The position numbers and the translations under genes were made by a program. Shown here piece by piece: positions 20,112-29,910 of a DNA stretch of 64,000 bases. The DNA comes from Candidatus Bathyarchaeota archaeon (GTDB lineage: Archaea; Thermoproteota; Bathyarchaeia; Bathyarchaeales; Bathycorpusculaceae): positions 288,001 to 352,000 of the forward strand of contig CAVYES010000005.1 in the NCBI GenBank assembly GCA_963767735.1, in the 5' to 3' direction. The notes under the pieces are model-generated. The model was not told the DNA's origin. It saw only the letters and a program-made list of their open reading frames with translations, and did not search any database. How positions within the stretch are numbered: position 1 is the first letter of the stretch; each line of letters starts with the position of its first letter.

Positions 20112-21358
20112 CTTGCCAAAATAACTCTTGGGGTTTTTAATCCTAAAGCCTGTTCGATAGCGGATATTTCAGCGTCAACCTCAATGGGTTTTTCGCTTTG
20201 TTTGATTGCAGTATCAGGATCCTTTAAACCGTGTCCTGTCGTGATGCAGACTACCCGTTCATCCTTATCGATAACTCCATTGTTAACTAGCTTCTTTAAA
20301 CCTGCAATAGATGAGGCACTTGCAGGCTCCACAAAAATGCCCTCAATCCGAGCAAGCGTTTTCTGCGCGTCCAAGATTTCCTCGTCGGTTACGGTTTCAG
20401 CGGTTCCATGCGATTCATGAATGGCCTTAATGGCTTTCTTCCAGCTTACCGGAGCGCCGATTCGGATAGCTGTGGCGATAGTTTCTGGTTTCTCTACTGG
20501 AATTATTTTGTCGCTGCCAGTTTTGATTGCCTGTGCTATGGGCGCTGAGCCAGATGCTTGTATACCCGTCATTTTGGGCAGTGTTTTTATGTACCCGAGT
20601 TTGTGGAATTCAGTTAAGCCTTTCCAGACTGCGCTTATGTTTCCAGCATTACCTACTGGTATGATGATTCTGTCTGGTGCTTCATTGTTTAGTTGTTCGC
20701 AGATTTCATAACCCAAAGACTTCTGTCCCTCGATACGGAAGGGGTTAATTGAGTTAAGAAGGTAAATGCTTTTGTGCTTCTCAGCTAGTTTAAGCACGAA
20801 TTCTAAGGCTTGGTCAAAATTACCGCGTACCTGCAAAACTTTAGCGCCGTGAATCATCGCTTGCGCCAACTTGCCATAAGCAATCTTACCAGAAGGAATA
20901 AGGACCGTGCATTTTATTCCTGCCCGCGCAGCATAAGCCGCTAAGCTAGCGCTGGTGTTGCCTGTTGAAGCGCAGATTACGTGTCTTGCGCCGAGTTCCA
21001 CGGCTTTTGTGACGCCTATGGTCATGCCTCTGTCTTTGAAGCTGCCTGTTGGGTTTTCGCCCTCATTCTTAACGTACAGTTGTTTTAGTCCTAATTCGTC
21101 GCCTAAGCGTTGGGAACGGTGTAACCCCGTGCCGCCTTCGTTTAGCGAGACTATGTGTGCGGCTTCGTGGATGGGCATGAAGTCGCGGTATCGCCAAACG
21201 GATAAGGGCTTTGTTTTCCAGTCGCTGTCTTTGAGGGTTTCGGCTAACTCTTTAAAGTCGAATTTTATTTCAAGGATGTCTCCACATTTCTTGCAGAAAT
21301 AGATAATCTCATCTATATCGTATTTTGCTTTGCAGTTTATGCATTCTTGATGTGTCAT
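20108..21358 (-). CDS. thrC: Threonine synthase
   Basis: NPTGSFKDRG PLP lysine motif, CASTGNTSAS, PVGNAGN, TGHGLKDP. Confidence 0.95.
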   Translation of the reverse strand: MTHQECINCKAKYDIDEIIYFCKKCGDILEIKFDFKELAETLKDSDWKTKPLSVWRYRDFMPIHEAAHIVSLNEGGTGLHRSQRLGDELGLKQLYVKNEGENPTGSFKDRGMTIGVTKAVELGARHVICASTGNTSASLAAYAARAGIKCTVLIPSGKIAYGKLAQAMIHGAKVLQVRGNFDQALEFVLKLAEKHKSIYLLNSINPFRIEGQKSLGYEICEQLNNEAPDRIIIPVGNAGNISAVWKGLTEFHKLGYIKTLPKMTGIQASGSAPIAQAIKTGSDKIIPVEKPETIATAIRIGAPVSWKKAIKAIHESHGTAETVTDEEILDAQKTLARIEGIFVEPASASSIAGLKKLVNNGVIDKDERVVCITTGHGLKDPDTAIKQSEKPIEVDAEISAIEQALGLKTPRVILAR

Positions 21359-21458
21359 GGTTTAATCTCCGTAAGCGCCTTTTCACGGCTTGGAAACTTA
21401 AGCTGTAGTGAAGTATCAACTGTGACATTATTAATTTTGTTGTTTCGCTAACGGCTTC

Positions 21459-22067
21459 TTAACCCACCATATTAGACAAAACCTCATATGTTTTTAGGCT
21501 GTCTTTTTTCTCAACCACCATGATTGTTTCCGTCCAACAAGAAATAAACTCAATAATGTTCACGTTCTGTTCTGCCAGTAACGTTGCTAGGAAAGCGACA
21601 ACTCCCGGCGTTACTTCAAGTTCTTCAGGTGAATGAACCACAATCATGGTGCAGTTGTCATGCTTGACCAAAGTGGTAATGCGTTCAGGCAAATCGCTTC
21701 TATCGAGCAGGTAAACAAATTTTCCTAGTAAGTCAACTTCCATTCCTGTTTTTGAGCTGAGTTCTTTGCTCGTTATCATAACCGCTTTTCGGTCATAAAC
21801 GGCTATGCTGCTGCGTTTTAGAAGTTGGAGGACTTTTTCTTCTCTTTTTTGCTTATGCTTTTGCAGTTCCTCCGAGTAACGGCGCAAAGCGGCTTTTATG
21901 GCGCTTGTGTCACTGGTTTTTAGTTCTTGTTGTATCTGTCTGGATAGCTCGCTTAGGTTCACTATGCCTTTTTCTAGTGCTTCCAGCAGATACGGTTTGT
22001 TTCGCAGGTGGTCTCTTACGTTTTGGGCTATTGTCATATTGGCTATTGATTGTATCAAATGGCACAT
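21459..22067 (-). CDS. ACT-domain-containing putative regulator
   Basis: N-terminal helical IVNLSELSR segment; C-terminal TPGVVAFL...NVNIIEFISCWTET ACT-like fold. Confidence 0.75.
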   Translation of the reverse strand: MCHLIQSIANMTIAQNVRDHLRNKPYLLEALEKGIVNLSELSRQIQQELKTSDTSAIKAALRRYSEELQKHKQKREEKVLQLLKRSSIAVYDRKAVMITSKELSSKTGMEVDLLGKFVYLLDRSDLPERITTLVKHDNCTMIVVHSPEELEVTPGVVAFLATLLAEQNVNIIEFISCWTETIMVVEKKDSLKTYEVLSNMVG

Positions 22068-22148
22068 TTAAATTTTATTAAGTAACAAAAAAGTCACAAT
22101 GTTTAAAAATACAGCATTGAAGGTTAGGGGAATAATTCACAGCAAAAA

Positions 22149-23390
22149 ATGGGGGAGCAAAACATAACCGAAAAAATCGTGTTAGCGTACTCAGGCGGAT
22201 TAGACACATCCGTATTAATCAAGTACCTCCAAGAAAAATACGACGCACAAGTAATAACGGTAACTGTAGATGTTGGCCAAGGCGAAGACCTCAAAGCCTC
22301 TGAGGAAAAAGCCAAAAAGCTCGGCGTTCTCAAACATTTCTCAATCAACGCCAAAGACGAGTTTGCAAAAGACTATATTTTCCCAGCCATAAAAGCCAAC
22401 GCACTATACGAAGGAAAATATCCCATAAGTACGAGCCTCTCGCGGCCACTCATTGCGTCAAAAATGGTTGAAGTCGCCGAAAAAGAAGGCGCCACTGCCC
22501 TGGCTCATGGCTGCACAGGAAGAGGCAATGACCAAGTACGCTTTGACGTAACACTTGGGTCTTTAGCGCCTGACAAAAAAATTATTGCTCCAGTCCGCGA
22601 GTGGGGTATGACGCGCGAAGAAGAAATTGCTTACGCCAAAACTAAAGGCGTCCCCGTCTCCAACGCCGCCAGAAAATATAGCATAGACGCAAGCGTGTGG
22701 GGCAGAGCCATCGAATGCGGACTGCTTGAAGACGCAAGCCAAGCGCCTCCTGAAGACGCTTACGAATGGACAACTTCACCTGAAAAAGCACCAAATACCC
22801 CCGAAATTGTTACCATACAATTTGAGGCTGGTGTACCCGTTGCGGTAAACGGCAAAGCCATGCTGCCCCTGGAGCTTATTGAAGAAATGAATAAGATTGC
22901 GGGCAGAAACGGCGTTGGCAGAATAGACCACATAGAAGACCGCTTAGTCGGAATAAAATCAAGGGAAGTTTACGAGTGTCCTGCAGCAACCGTGATTTTG
23001 GAAGCTCACAAAGACCTGGAAAAGATGGTTATGACACGGCATCAAGTCCTGTTCAAGCAGCAGGTTGAAGCCGAATGGGTGTTCTTAGCATACGCTGGTT
23101 TATGGGTTGACCCTCTAAAAGATGACCTTGACGCTTTCATAAACAAGTCACAGGAAAACGTCACGGGGGAAGTCAAACTTAAACTCTACAAAGGTGGCAT
23201 GCAAGTTATCGGACGCTCCTCGCCGATGTCGCTCTACGACAAAAACCTTGCCAACTATAACATCAAAACAACGTTCAATCAATCCTACTCTAAAGGCTTC
23301 ATTGAACTGTGGGGGCTTCAAACAAGAATGTACAATGCCCTTAAAAAGTCAGGCAAAAAAACAGCCAAGAAAAGCAAGAGAACCTCGTGA
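22149..23390 (+). CDS. argG: Argininosuccinate synthase
   Basis: LAYSGGLDTS, AHGCTGRGNDQVRF, GIKSREVYE. Confidence 0.97.
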   Translation: MGEQNITEKIVLAYSGGLDTSVLIKYLQEKYDAQVITVTVDVGQGEDLKASEEKAKKLGVLKHFSINAKDEFAKDYIFPAIKANALYEGKYPISTSLSRPLIASKMVEVAEKEGATALAHGCTGRGNDQVRFDVTLGSLAPDKKIIAPVREWGMTREEEIAYAKTKGVPVSNAARKYSIDASVWGRAIECGLLEDASQAPPEDAYEWTTSPEKAPNTPEIVTIQFEAGVPVAVNGKAMLPLELIEEMNKIAGRNGVGRIDHIEDRLVGIKSREVYECPAATVILEAHKDLEKMVMTRHQVLFKQQVEAEWVFLAYAGLWVDPLKDDLDAFINKSQENVTGEVKLKLYKGGMQVIGRSSPMSLYDKNLANYNIKTTFNQSYSKGFIELWGLQTRMYNALKKSGKKTAKKSKRTS

Positions 23391-23417
23391 ATGGTGAGTA
23401 AGCTGGAGGGTGAGTAA

Positions 23418-24929
23418 GTGTCAAAGATGTTGCATGGGGGGCGGCTAACGTCTTTGCGTGAAGATGTTGCTAAATTTACTTCTTCACGAAAAGACGATGA
23501 GCGCTTAGCATTGGCCGTTGTTGACATCAACAAAGCCCACATTGTAATGCTGATGGAGCAGAAAATAATACAGCGGCAAGACGGAGTAAAAATCTTAAAA
23601 GCTCTTTCTAAGCTTTCCGACATTAAGCTTGATTCTGCCGCTGAAGACGTTCATATGGCAGTTGAAGAAGCAATACTTAAGGAAACTGGACCTGAAGTCG
23701 GCGGGAATCTGCATATCGCAAAAAGCAGAAACGACCAAGTCACAACTGCCATCCGCATGCAACTTCGAAATGAACTTGTTGAATTGATGCTTAAGGTTTT
23801 GGAGATGGAGGAAAGCCTCATAGACACAGCCAGCAAACACGTCGACACGGTTATTTTGGAATATACTCACCTGCAAGCTGCGCAGCCCGTCACATTTGCC
23901 CATTATTTGCTCTCTTATGTTCAAGGGTTGGAGCGTGACTTAGAGAGACTTCGGGGCGCTTATGAACGGGTCAACTTGTGCCCTCTTGGCTCTGGAGCAT
24001 TAGCAACAACAAGTTTCCCAATAAACCGCAAAAGAACTGCTGAGCTCTTGGGCTTCAAAGCGGTGTTGGAGAATTCAATTGATGCAGTTGGCAGCCGAGA
24101 CTTCATACTAGAAACCCAAGCCTCATTAACGTTGCTTGCTGTGAATTTAAGCCGCTTAGCTGAGGATCTGATAATTTGGAGCTCACAAGAGTTCGGTACA
24201 ATCGATTTGCCTGACGAGTTCACATCAACCAGCAGCATCATGCCGCAAAAAAAGAACCCGGAAGTGCTTGAAGTTATTCGTGCGAGAGCCAGCTATGCGC
24301 TCGGCGATTTCGTTGCTTCGGCTACTGCTCTGAAGAGTCTGCCCACAACGTATAATCTTGATTTTCAAGAGGTAACGCCGAAACTTTGGGCTTCAACCGA
24401 CAACTTAGCCAGCTCACTGTGCATATTCTCCCAACTTATGTCTAACTTGAAAGTGTCAACAAACGTTGAAAGTAAAGCCGCAGCAGGCTTTGTAGGCGCA
24501 ACAGAATTGGCTAACATGCTCGTGCGCAAATACAACGTTGCTTTCCGAACCTCGCACAAGATAGTTGGCGCTCTTGTCAAAACGCTGATTGAGTCAAAAC
24601 AAACTCTGATGGATGCAACGCCTGAACTGCTGCAAAAGGTGGCTCAGCAAGCGATTGGAATCAAATTAATTGTTAAGAAACAGGATATGGTTGAATGCAC
24701 AAATCCACGCAAAATAATCGAAACATATAAAGTGCAAGGTGGTCCTTCACCCGTCGAGGTTGAAAGAGCCATAAAAACACTAAAAAAGAACATTATAAGT
24801 TCCAAAAGGTACATATCTGAACTCAAACATAACCTTGCCAATTCAGAAAGCCGTCTCAACTCCATCGTAGAATCTTACTCTCTTTCAAACTCTCCATCAA
24901 ACGTAAGACTTAAAAATCCAACCTTATAG
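23418..24929 (+). CDS. argH: Argininosuccinate lyase
   Basis: SRNDQV, YTHLQAAQP, SSIMPQKKNP. Confidence 0.96.
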   Translation: MSKMLHGGRLTSLREDVAKFTSSRKDDERLALAVVDINKAHIVMLMEQKIIQRQDGVKILKALSKLSDIKLDSAAEDVHMAVEEAILKETGPEVGGNLHIAKSRNDQVTTAIRMQLRNELVELMLKVLEMEESLIDTASKHVDTVILEYTHLQAAQPVTFAHYLLSYVQGLERDLERLRGAYERVNLCPLGSGALATTSFPINRKRTAELLGFKAVLENSIDAVGSRDFILETQASLTLLAVNLSRLAEDLIIWSSQEFGTIDLPDEFTSTSSIMPQKKNPEVLEVIRARASYALGDFVASATALKSLPTTYNLDFQEVTPKLWASTDNLASSLCIFSQLMSNLKVSTNVESKAAAGFVGATELANMLVRKYNVAFRTSHKIVGALVKTLIESKQTLMDATPELLQKVAQQAIGIKLIVKKQDMVECTNPRKIIETYKVQGGPSPVEVERAIKTLKKNIISSKRYISELKHNLANSESRLNSIVESYSLSNSPSNVRLKNPTL

Positions 24930-24942
24930 GTAGAATAGGGCT

Positions 24943-26088
24943 TTGGTCCCACAACATAGCACGTCCAACAAAAATAAAAAAGCGATTCTGCTTCTTGAAG
25001 ACGGAACGTCATTTATCGGCAACGGTTTTGGAGCAACAGGAAAAATCTCAGGAGAAGTGGTATTCTCAACTCAAATGGTTGGTTATCCAGAAGCGCTTAC
25101 TGACCCATCCTATAAAGGTCAAGTTTTAACCTTTACTTATCCGCTGGTTGGCAACTATGGTGTTCCATCAAACGAATTAAACCTGGGTCTTCCGCTCTAT
25201 TTCGAGTCAGACCACATACAAGTGCAAGGATTAGTAATTCACGAGTTATGCCACGAACCCTACCATTGGGCATCAACAAGAACCTTGGACAAGTGGCTAC
25301 TAGACGAAGGAGTCCCAGGAATATATGGAGTAGACACTAGGCGTTTAACAAAGAAACTGAGAACTCATGGGGTCATGCTCGGAAACTTGCAGGTTTTTGA
25401 TGTAGGCGAAGAGCCTAATTTGGATGCTCTTTTAAAGAACGGCCAAGACATTGCTGACCCTAACTTAACTGATTTGGTTAAGGAAGTTTCAGTGAAACAA
25501 CCCATCAAATACAGCGTGGAGGGCAAAAAAACTGTTGTCCTAATCGACTGCGGAGCCAAATACAGCATCATCCGCAACCTGCTTAAACGAGGCATAAACG
25601 TTATACGAGTACCTTATGAGACTTCAGCCAGCGAAGTCATGGCATACAATCCCGACGGCGTCTTCTTAAGTAACGGACCGGGCGACCCTAAGAAATGCGT
25701 GAAAACGATCGAGTGCGTGCGCGAAGTAGTTGATAAGGTTCCTTTTATGGGCATATGCCTCGGCGCTCAAATATTGGCGCTGGCGATGGGCGGAGACACT
25801 TATAAGTTAAAGTTCGGTCACCGCGCCCAAAACCAACCCGCCCTTGACCTAATCAACCGTCGTTGCTACATTACAACTCAAAATCACGGTTACGCAGTAG
25901 ACATAGAAGCCCTAAAGAAAACCCCGCTGGAATGTTGGTTCATAAACCCTAACGACAAAACCACGGAAGGCATCAAGCACAAAAGCAAACCTGTTTTTGC
26001 CGTACAATGGCATCCGGAAGCCTCGCCAGGACCATACGACACCGAGTTGCTGTTTGACAAGTTCGCAAAAACGTTGGAGGCGACTTAG
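24943..26088 (+). CDS. carA: Carbamoyl-phosphate synthase small subunit
   Basis: LTDPSYKGQ, SNGPGDP, GICLG, QNHG, QWHPE. Confidence 0.96.
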   Translation: MVPQHSTSNKNKKAILLLEDGTSFIGNGFGATGKISGEVVFSTQMVGYPEALTDPSYKGQVLTFTYPLVGNYGVPSNELNLGLPLYFESDHIQVQGLVIHELCHEPYHWASTRTLDKWLLDEGVPGIYGVDTRRLTKKLRTHGVMLGNLQVFDVGEEPNLDALLKNGQDIADPNLTDLVKEVSVKQPIKYSVEGKKTVVLIDCGAKYSIIRNLLKRGINVIRVPYETSASEVMAYNPDGVFLSNGPGDPKKCVKTIECVREVVDKVPFMGICLGAQILALAMGGDTYKLKFGHRAQNQPALDLINRRCYITTQNHGYAVDIEALKKTPLECWFINPNDKTTEGIKHKSKPVFAVQWHPEASPGPYDTELLFDKFAKTLEAT

Positions 26089-29000
26089 GTGCCAAAGTTT
26101 GACTGGATAAAGAAAGTGATGGTTCTTGGCAGCGGCGCCATAAAAATCGGTGAAGCAGCCGAGTTTGACTATTCGGGCAGCCAATGTCTTAAGGCTCTGC
26201 GGGAAGAGGGCATTGAAACCGTTCTGGTTAATCCTAACATTGCCACTATTCAGACTGACCCGCGGTTATCCGGAAAAGTGTATCTTCTTCCAGTGACGGC
26301 TGAATATGTTGAGAAAGTTATTGAAAAAGAACGTCCTGACAGTATTCTTTTGGGGTTCGGAGGACAAACCGCGTTAAACTGCGGTTTAGAACTGGAAAAG
26401 AAAGGTATCCTGCAGAAATACAATGTTAAAGTTTTGGGTACGCCTGTTCATGCTATAGAGGATACGGGTGATCGTGAACGTTTCCGGCAAGCGATGCTTA
26501 AAGCAAATGTTCCGCCGTTAAACAGCAAATCAGCCACAACCGTAACGCACGCTTTGGAAATCGCTGATGAAATTGGTTACCCCGTTATAATTAGAGTTGC
26601 ATATACTCTTGGAGGCAAAGGCGCAGGGGTAGCACATAACCCTAATGAATTAAAGGAGATAGCGACCCTTGGTTTAGCGCAGAGCCGCATAAGCCAAATA
26701 CTCGTTGAAGAGTATGTTGGACACTGGAAAGAAGTCGAATATGAAGTAATGCGCGACTACGCAGACAACTGCTTAACGATTTGCAACATGGAAAACTTCG
26801 ATCCCATGGGTGTCCACACCGGCGACTCCATCGTTGTGGCTCCTTCGCAAACCATGTCAAACCGTGAATACCACCTTATTCGGTCAACTTCAATAAACGC
26901 AATACGCAGCTTAGGAATTGTGGGCGAATGCAACATTCAATGGGCGTTGAACGCGCGATCAGAAGAGCATCGAGTAATCGAAGTTAACTCACGTATGTCC
27001 AGAAGCTCAGCTTTAGCAAGTAAAGTAACCGGGTACCCCTTGGCTTACATAGCGACAAAACTAACCCTGGGCTATTTGCTTCCAGAACTCATAAACAAAG
27101 TAACAGAAGTCACCACAGCCTGTTTTGAACCAGCCTTAGACTACATAACTGTGAAGATTCCACGGTGGGATCTGCAGAAATTCAAAAACGCTGACCGCCA
27201 CATCGGTCCCCAGATGCGCTCCGTTGGGGAAGTGATGGCTATTGGCCGCTGCTTTGAAGAGGCATTGCAAAAAGCTGTACGCATGTTGGATACTGGCAAG
27301 ATAGGTTTAGTTTGCAACCCCGAAGACTCGGAGCCTGAGCCTGAAGAGAGAATACGCGATGTGCTCTCGAACCCCACTGACGAGAGGCTCTACACGATTG
27401 TTAAAGCACTAAAAATGGGGATACCCATCGCGGAAATCTACCGCTTAAGCGGCGTCGACCCCTTCTTCCTGCATAAGATACAAAATATAATTAACATGGA
27501 AGCAAATCTGCGCCAGTTAAACCTTGCAGAGGCCTCGGCGACAGAAGTGATTCGGGAAGCGAAGCGTTTAGGATTCTCGGATGAGCAAATCGCTAAGTGC
27601 CAATGCACCGATGAATATACAATTAGAGCGTTTAGAAAAAACGCAAACATTCTGCCCGTAGTTAAGCAGATAGACACGTTGGCGGCTGAATGGCCAGCGA
27701 AAACAAACTATCTCTACCTCACATACGGTGGAGATGAAGATGACATCGAATTAACTAATAACACAAGCAAAGTTATCGTGTTGGGCGCCGGCGTCTTCAG
27801 GATAGGTTCAAGTGTGGAGTTTGACTGGTGCGGCGTCAACACGATTTGGGCACTCAAGAAATACGGTGTTCAAGAAGCAATAATGGTTAACTACAACCCA
27901 GAAACGGTCTCCACGGATTACGATGTTTCGGACAAACTCTACTTTGAAGAACTTACAACTGAGCGAATATTGGATATTTACGAGAAGGAAAATCCTTTAG
28001 GCGTCATCACCAGCGTCGGCGGTCAAATTCCAAACAACTTAGCCATGAAACTCTCTAACGCAGGCGTTAAACTGCTTGGGACTTCCGCTGAAAACGTTGA
28101 TTTGGCTGAGGACCGCTCAAAGTTTAGTGCTCTTTTAGATCAGCTGGGAATTTGTCAGCCAAGCTGGAGCAAACTGCTCTCGATTGCAGATGCAAAACGG
28201 TTTGCACAGAAAATTGGTTACCCAGTTATTGTGCGCCCCAGCTACGTTCTGTCTGGTTCAGCGATGCGCGTAGCTTACAACGAGACGTCGCTTGAGAATT
28301 TCCTCAACTTAGCTGCTAAGGTTTCGCTTGATCACCCAGTAGTTATAAGCAAATTCATTAATCGCGCCAAAGAGGTTGAGGTTGACGGCGTTTCTGACGG
28401 CGAAACCGTTTTTATCGGCGCTATAATGGAGCATGTTGAAAACGCCGGCGTCCACAGCGGCGACGCAACCATGACCATCCCGCCTCAAGCCCTAAAGGTT
28501 GAGGTTCAGAAGAAAATTGAGGATTGCACCCAGAGAATAGTTAAAGCTCTCAACATTCACGGACCCTACAACATCCAGTACCTTGTTAAAGACGACGTAG
28601 TAAACGTCATTGAATGCAACCTGCGCGCTTCACGTTCGATGCCGTTTGTCAGCAAAACACGCGGAATAAACCTCATTGACCTCGCCACTTTAGCTATGCT
28701 GGGCAAGAAAATTGATGGAGTTCAGTTGTCGCCGATGACTGTTGCGCCCCATGTCGGTGTTAAGGTTCCGCAGTTCAGCTTTATGCGTTTAAGCGGGGCT
28801 GACCCGGTTCTGGGCGTGGAGATGCTTAGCACTGGTGAGGTGGCGTGTTTAGGCGAAAACTTCTCTGATGCCTTTTCTAAAGCGTTGCAGTCTGCAGAAG
28901 TTAATATTCCCTCAAAAGACGGTGCGTTGCTGATTAGTGTTGGGGGCGATCAGGAACGTAAAAAACGTGTTGTGCCGATAGCAATGGCTTTTGCTGAGAT

Positions 29001-29364
29001 GGGCTTCAAAATCTACGCAACTGCCCATACCGCCGCTGTACTTAACGCTAACGGCGTGAACGCTACTGTGCTATACAAGGTTAAGGAGGCTGAAGCTAAC
29101 CCAAACATTCTGGATTACCTGCAGGAGCGTAAAATCGACTTAGTCATAAACGTGCCCATAGCTAACAGACAGAACAGTTTCACAGACATCTTAACCGACG
29201 GCTACGTAATCCGACGCCAAGCAGTGGAGTTTAATGTGCCGGTGATTACGAATTTGCAGTTAGCAGCAGCTTTGGTGGATGTTTTAAAGCAGAAGGGCCA
29301 AAACGGCACCACAATTCGTTCATTAAACGAGTATATGGATGACTTACCCTGGAAACGCTGGTAA
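26089..29364 (+). CDS. carB: Carbamoyl-phosphate synthase large subunit
   Basis: GSGAIKIGEAAEFDYSG, two ATP-grasp halves, C-terminal MGS domain; GGAGG SD before the GTG. Confidence 0.97.
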   Translation: MPKFDWIKKVMVLGSGAIKIGEAAEFDYSGSQCLKALREEGIETVLVNPNIATIQTDPRLSGKVYLLPVTAEYVEKVIEKERPDSILLGFGGQTALNCGLELEKKGILQKYNVKVLGTPVHAIEDTGDRERFRQAMLKANVPPLNSKSATTVTHALEIADEIGYPVIIRVAYTLGGKGAGVAHNPNELKEIATLGLAQSRISQILVEEYVGHWKEVEYEVMRDYADNCLTICNMENFDPMGVHTGDSIVVAPSQTMSNREYHLIRSTSINAIRSLGIVGECNIQWALNARSEEHRVIEVNSRMSRSSALASKVTGYPLAYIATKLTLGYLLPELINKVTEVTTACFEPALDYITVKIPRWDLQKFKNADRHIGPQMRSVGEVMAIGRCFEEALQKAVRMLDTGKIGLVCNPEDSEPEPEERIRDVLSNPTDERLYTIVKALKMGIPIAEIYRLSGVDPFFLHKIQNIINMEANLRQLNLAEASATEVIREAKRLGFSDEQIAKCQCTDEYTIRAFRKNANILPVVKQIDTLAAEWPAKTNYLYLTYGGDEDDIELTNNTSKVIVLGAGVFRIGSSVEFDWCGVNTIWALKKYGVQEAIMVNYNPETVSTDYDVSDKLYFEELTTERILDIYEKENPLGVITSVGGQIPNNLAMKLSNAGVKLLGTSAENVDLAEDRSKFSALLDQLGICQPSWSKLLSIADAKRFAQKIGYPVIVRPSYVLSGSAMRVAYNETSLENFLNLAAKVSLDHPVVISKFINRAKEVEVDGVSDGETVFIGAIMEHVENAGVHSGDATMTIPPQALKVEVQKKIEDCTQRIVKALNIHGPYNIQYLVKDDVVNVIECNLRASRSMPFVSKTRGINLIDLATLAMLGKKIDGVQLSPMTVAPHVGVKVPQFSFMRLSGADPVLGVEMLSTGEVACLGENFSDAFSKALQSAEVNIPSKDGALLISVGGDQERKKRVVPIAMAFAEMGFKIYATAHTAAVLNANGVNATVLYKVKEAEANPNILDYLQERKIDLVINVPIANRQNSFTDILTDGYVIRRQAVEFNVPVITNLQLAAALVDVLKQKGQNGTTIRSLNEYMDDLPWKRW

Positions 29365-29406
29365 ATCCCAAAGGGGTGCTTCCGAGTTAATTTTCTTTAT
29401 CTTAAA

Positions 29407-29540
29407 TTTTTGTTCTTTGTGTTTTGGTTTGCTTATCTTTTTCAGGGTTTGAACTGTTTGCAGGTTGCGTACACAGAAGGACACAGAAGGATAAGAAAGG
29501 ACACGAAAGGATAAGGAAGGATAAGCGAGGCAAAAAAAGG
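29407..29540 (+). repeat. 62-bp leader + 7 x 10-bp AGG array (copy B)
   Basis: Leader ends TTTGCAGGTTGC; AGG ends at 29480, 29490 ... 29540 in exact 10-bp register. Confidence 0.9.
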
Positions 29541-29565
29541 TATTTCATGCAGAACAGTTGCGTCG

Positions 29566-29680
29566 CCACTGATCTTTGTGTTTTGGGCTGATTTTTTAGT
29601 TTAGAACTCGATTCGTTTGCTGGTTGAGTAAGGAAAAGTAACAGAAAGTGAGGAAAAGTGAGGAAAAGTGACGAAAGTTT
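29566..29680 (+). repeat. 62-bp leader + 6 x 10-bp AAAGT(G/A) array (copy C)
   Basis: Leader ends TTTGCTGGTTGA; units GTAAGGAAAA GTAACAGAAA GTGAGGAAAA GTGAGGAAAA GTGACGAAA GTT. Confidence 0.85.
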
Positions 29681-29735
29681 GCCGGTTAGATTTTTTTAAG
29701 GAGTGCGGATTTTCAAGTGTTTAGTTCTTTTCTAA

Positions 29736-29870
29736 TTTTTGTTCTGGTTGTTTTGGGTTGCTTTTTTGGTTTAGGGCTTGTGGCCTTTGTAGGTTGCGAC
29801 TTTATTCGACCGCCATTGACCTTTTTTGACTGCTTGCGGCTCTTTTCGACTGCCTGCGGCTCTTCATGAC
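29736..29870 (+). repeat. 62-bp leader + 8 x 10-bp G(A/G)C array (copy D)
   Basis: Leader ends TTTGTAGGTTGC; GAC/GGC ends at 29800, 29810 ... 29870 in exact register. Confidence 0.9.
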
Positions 29871-29871
29871 C

Positions 29872-29888
29872 ATAAACGCTTAAGTATA
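29872..29888 (+). promoter_or_regulatory. Putative BRE/TATA promoter of the tandem-AbrB gene
   Basis: ATAAACGCTTAAGTATA lies right after array D and about 25 nt before ATG 29911, consistent with a leaderless archaeal transcript. Confidence 0.45.
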
Positions 29889-29910
29889 GGTGCTAAAGCA
29901 AGAATCTGGT

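Noticed and set aside
29469-29870. Decamer arrays as CRISPR or guide-RNA arrays
   Set aside because: Units are only 10 bp with 3-6 conserved bases, there are no 25-45 bp repeats with unique spacers, and no cas-like genes are in the window
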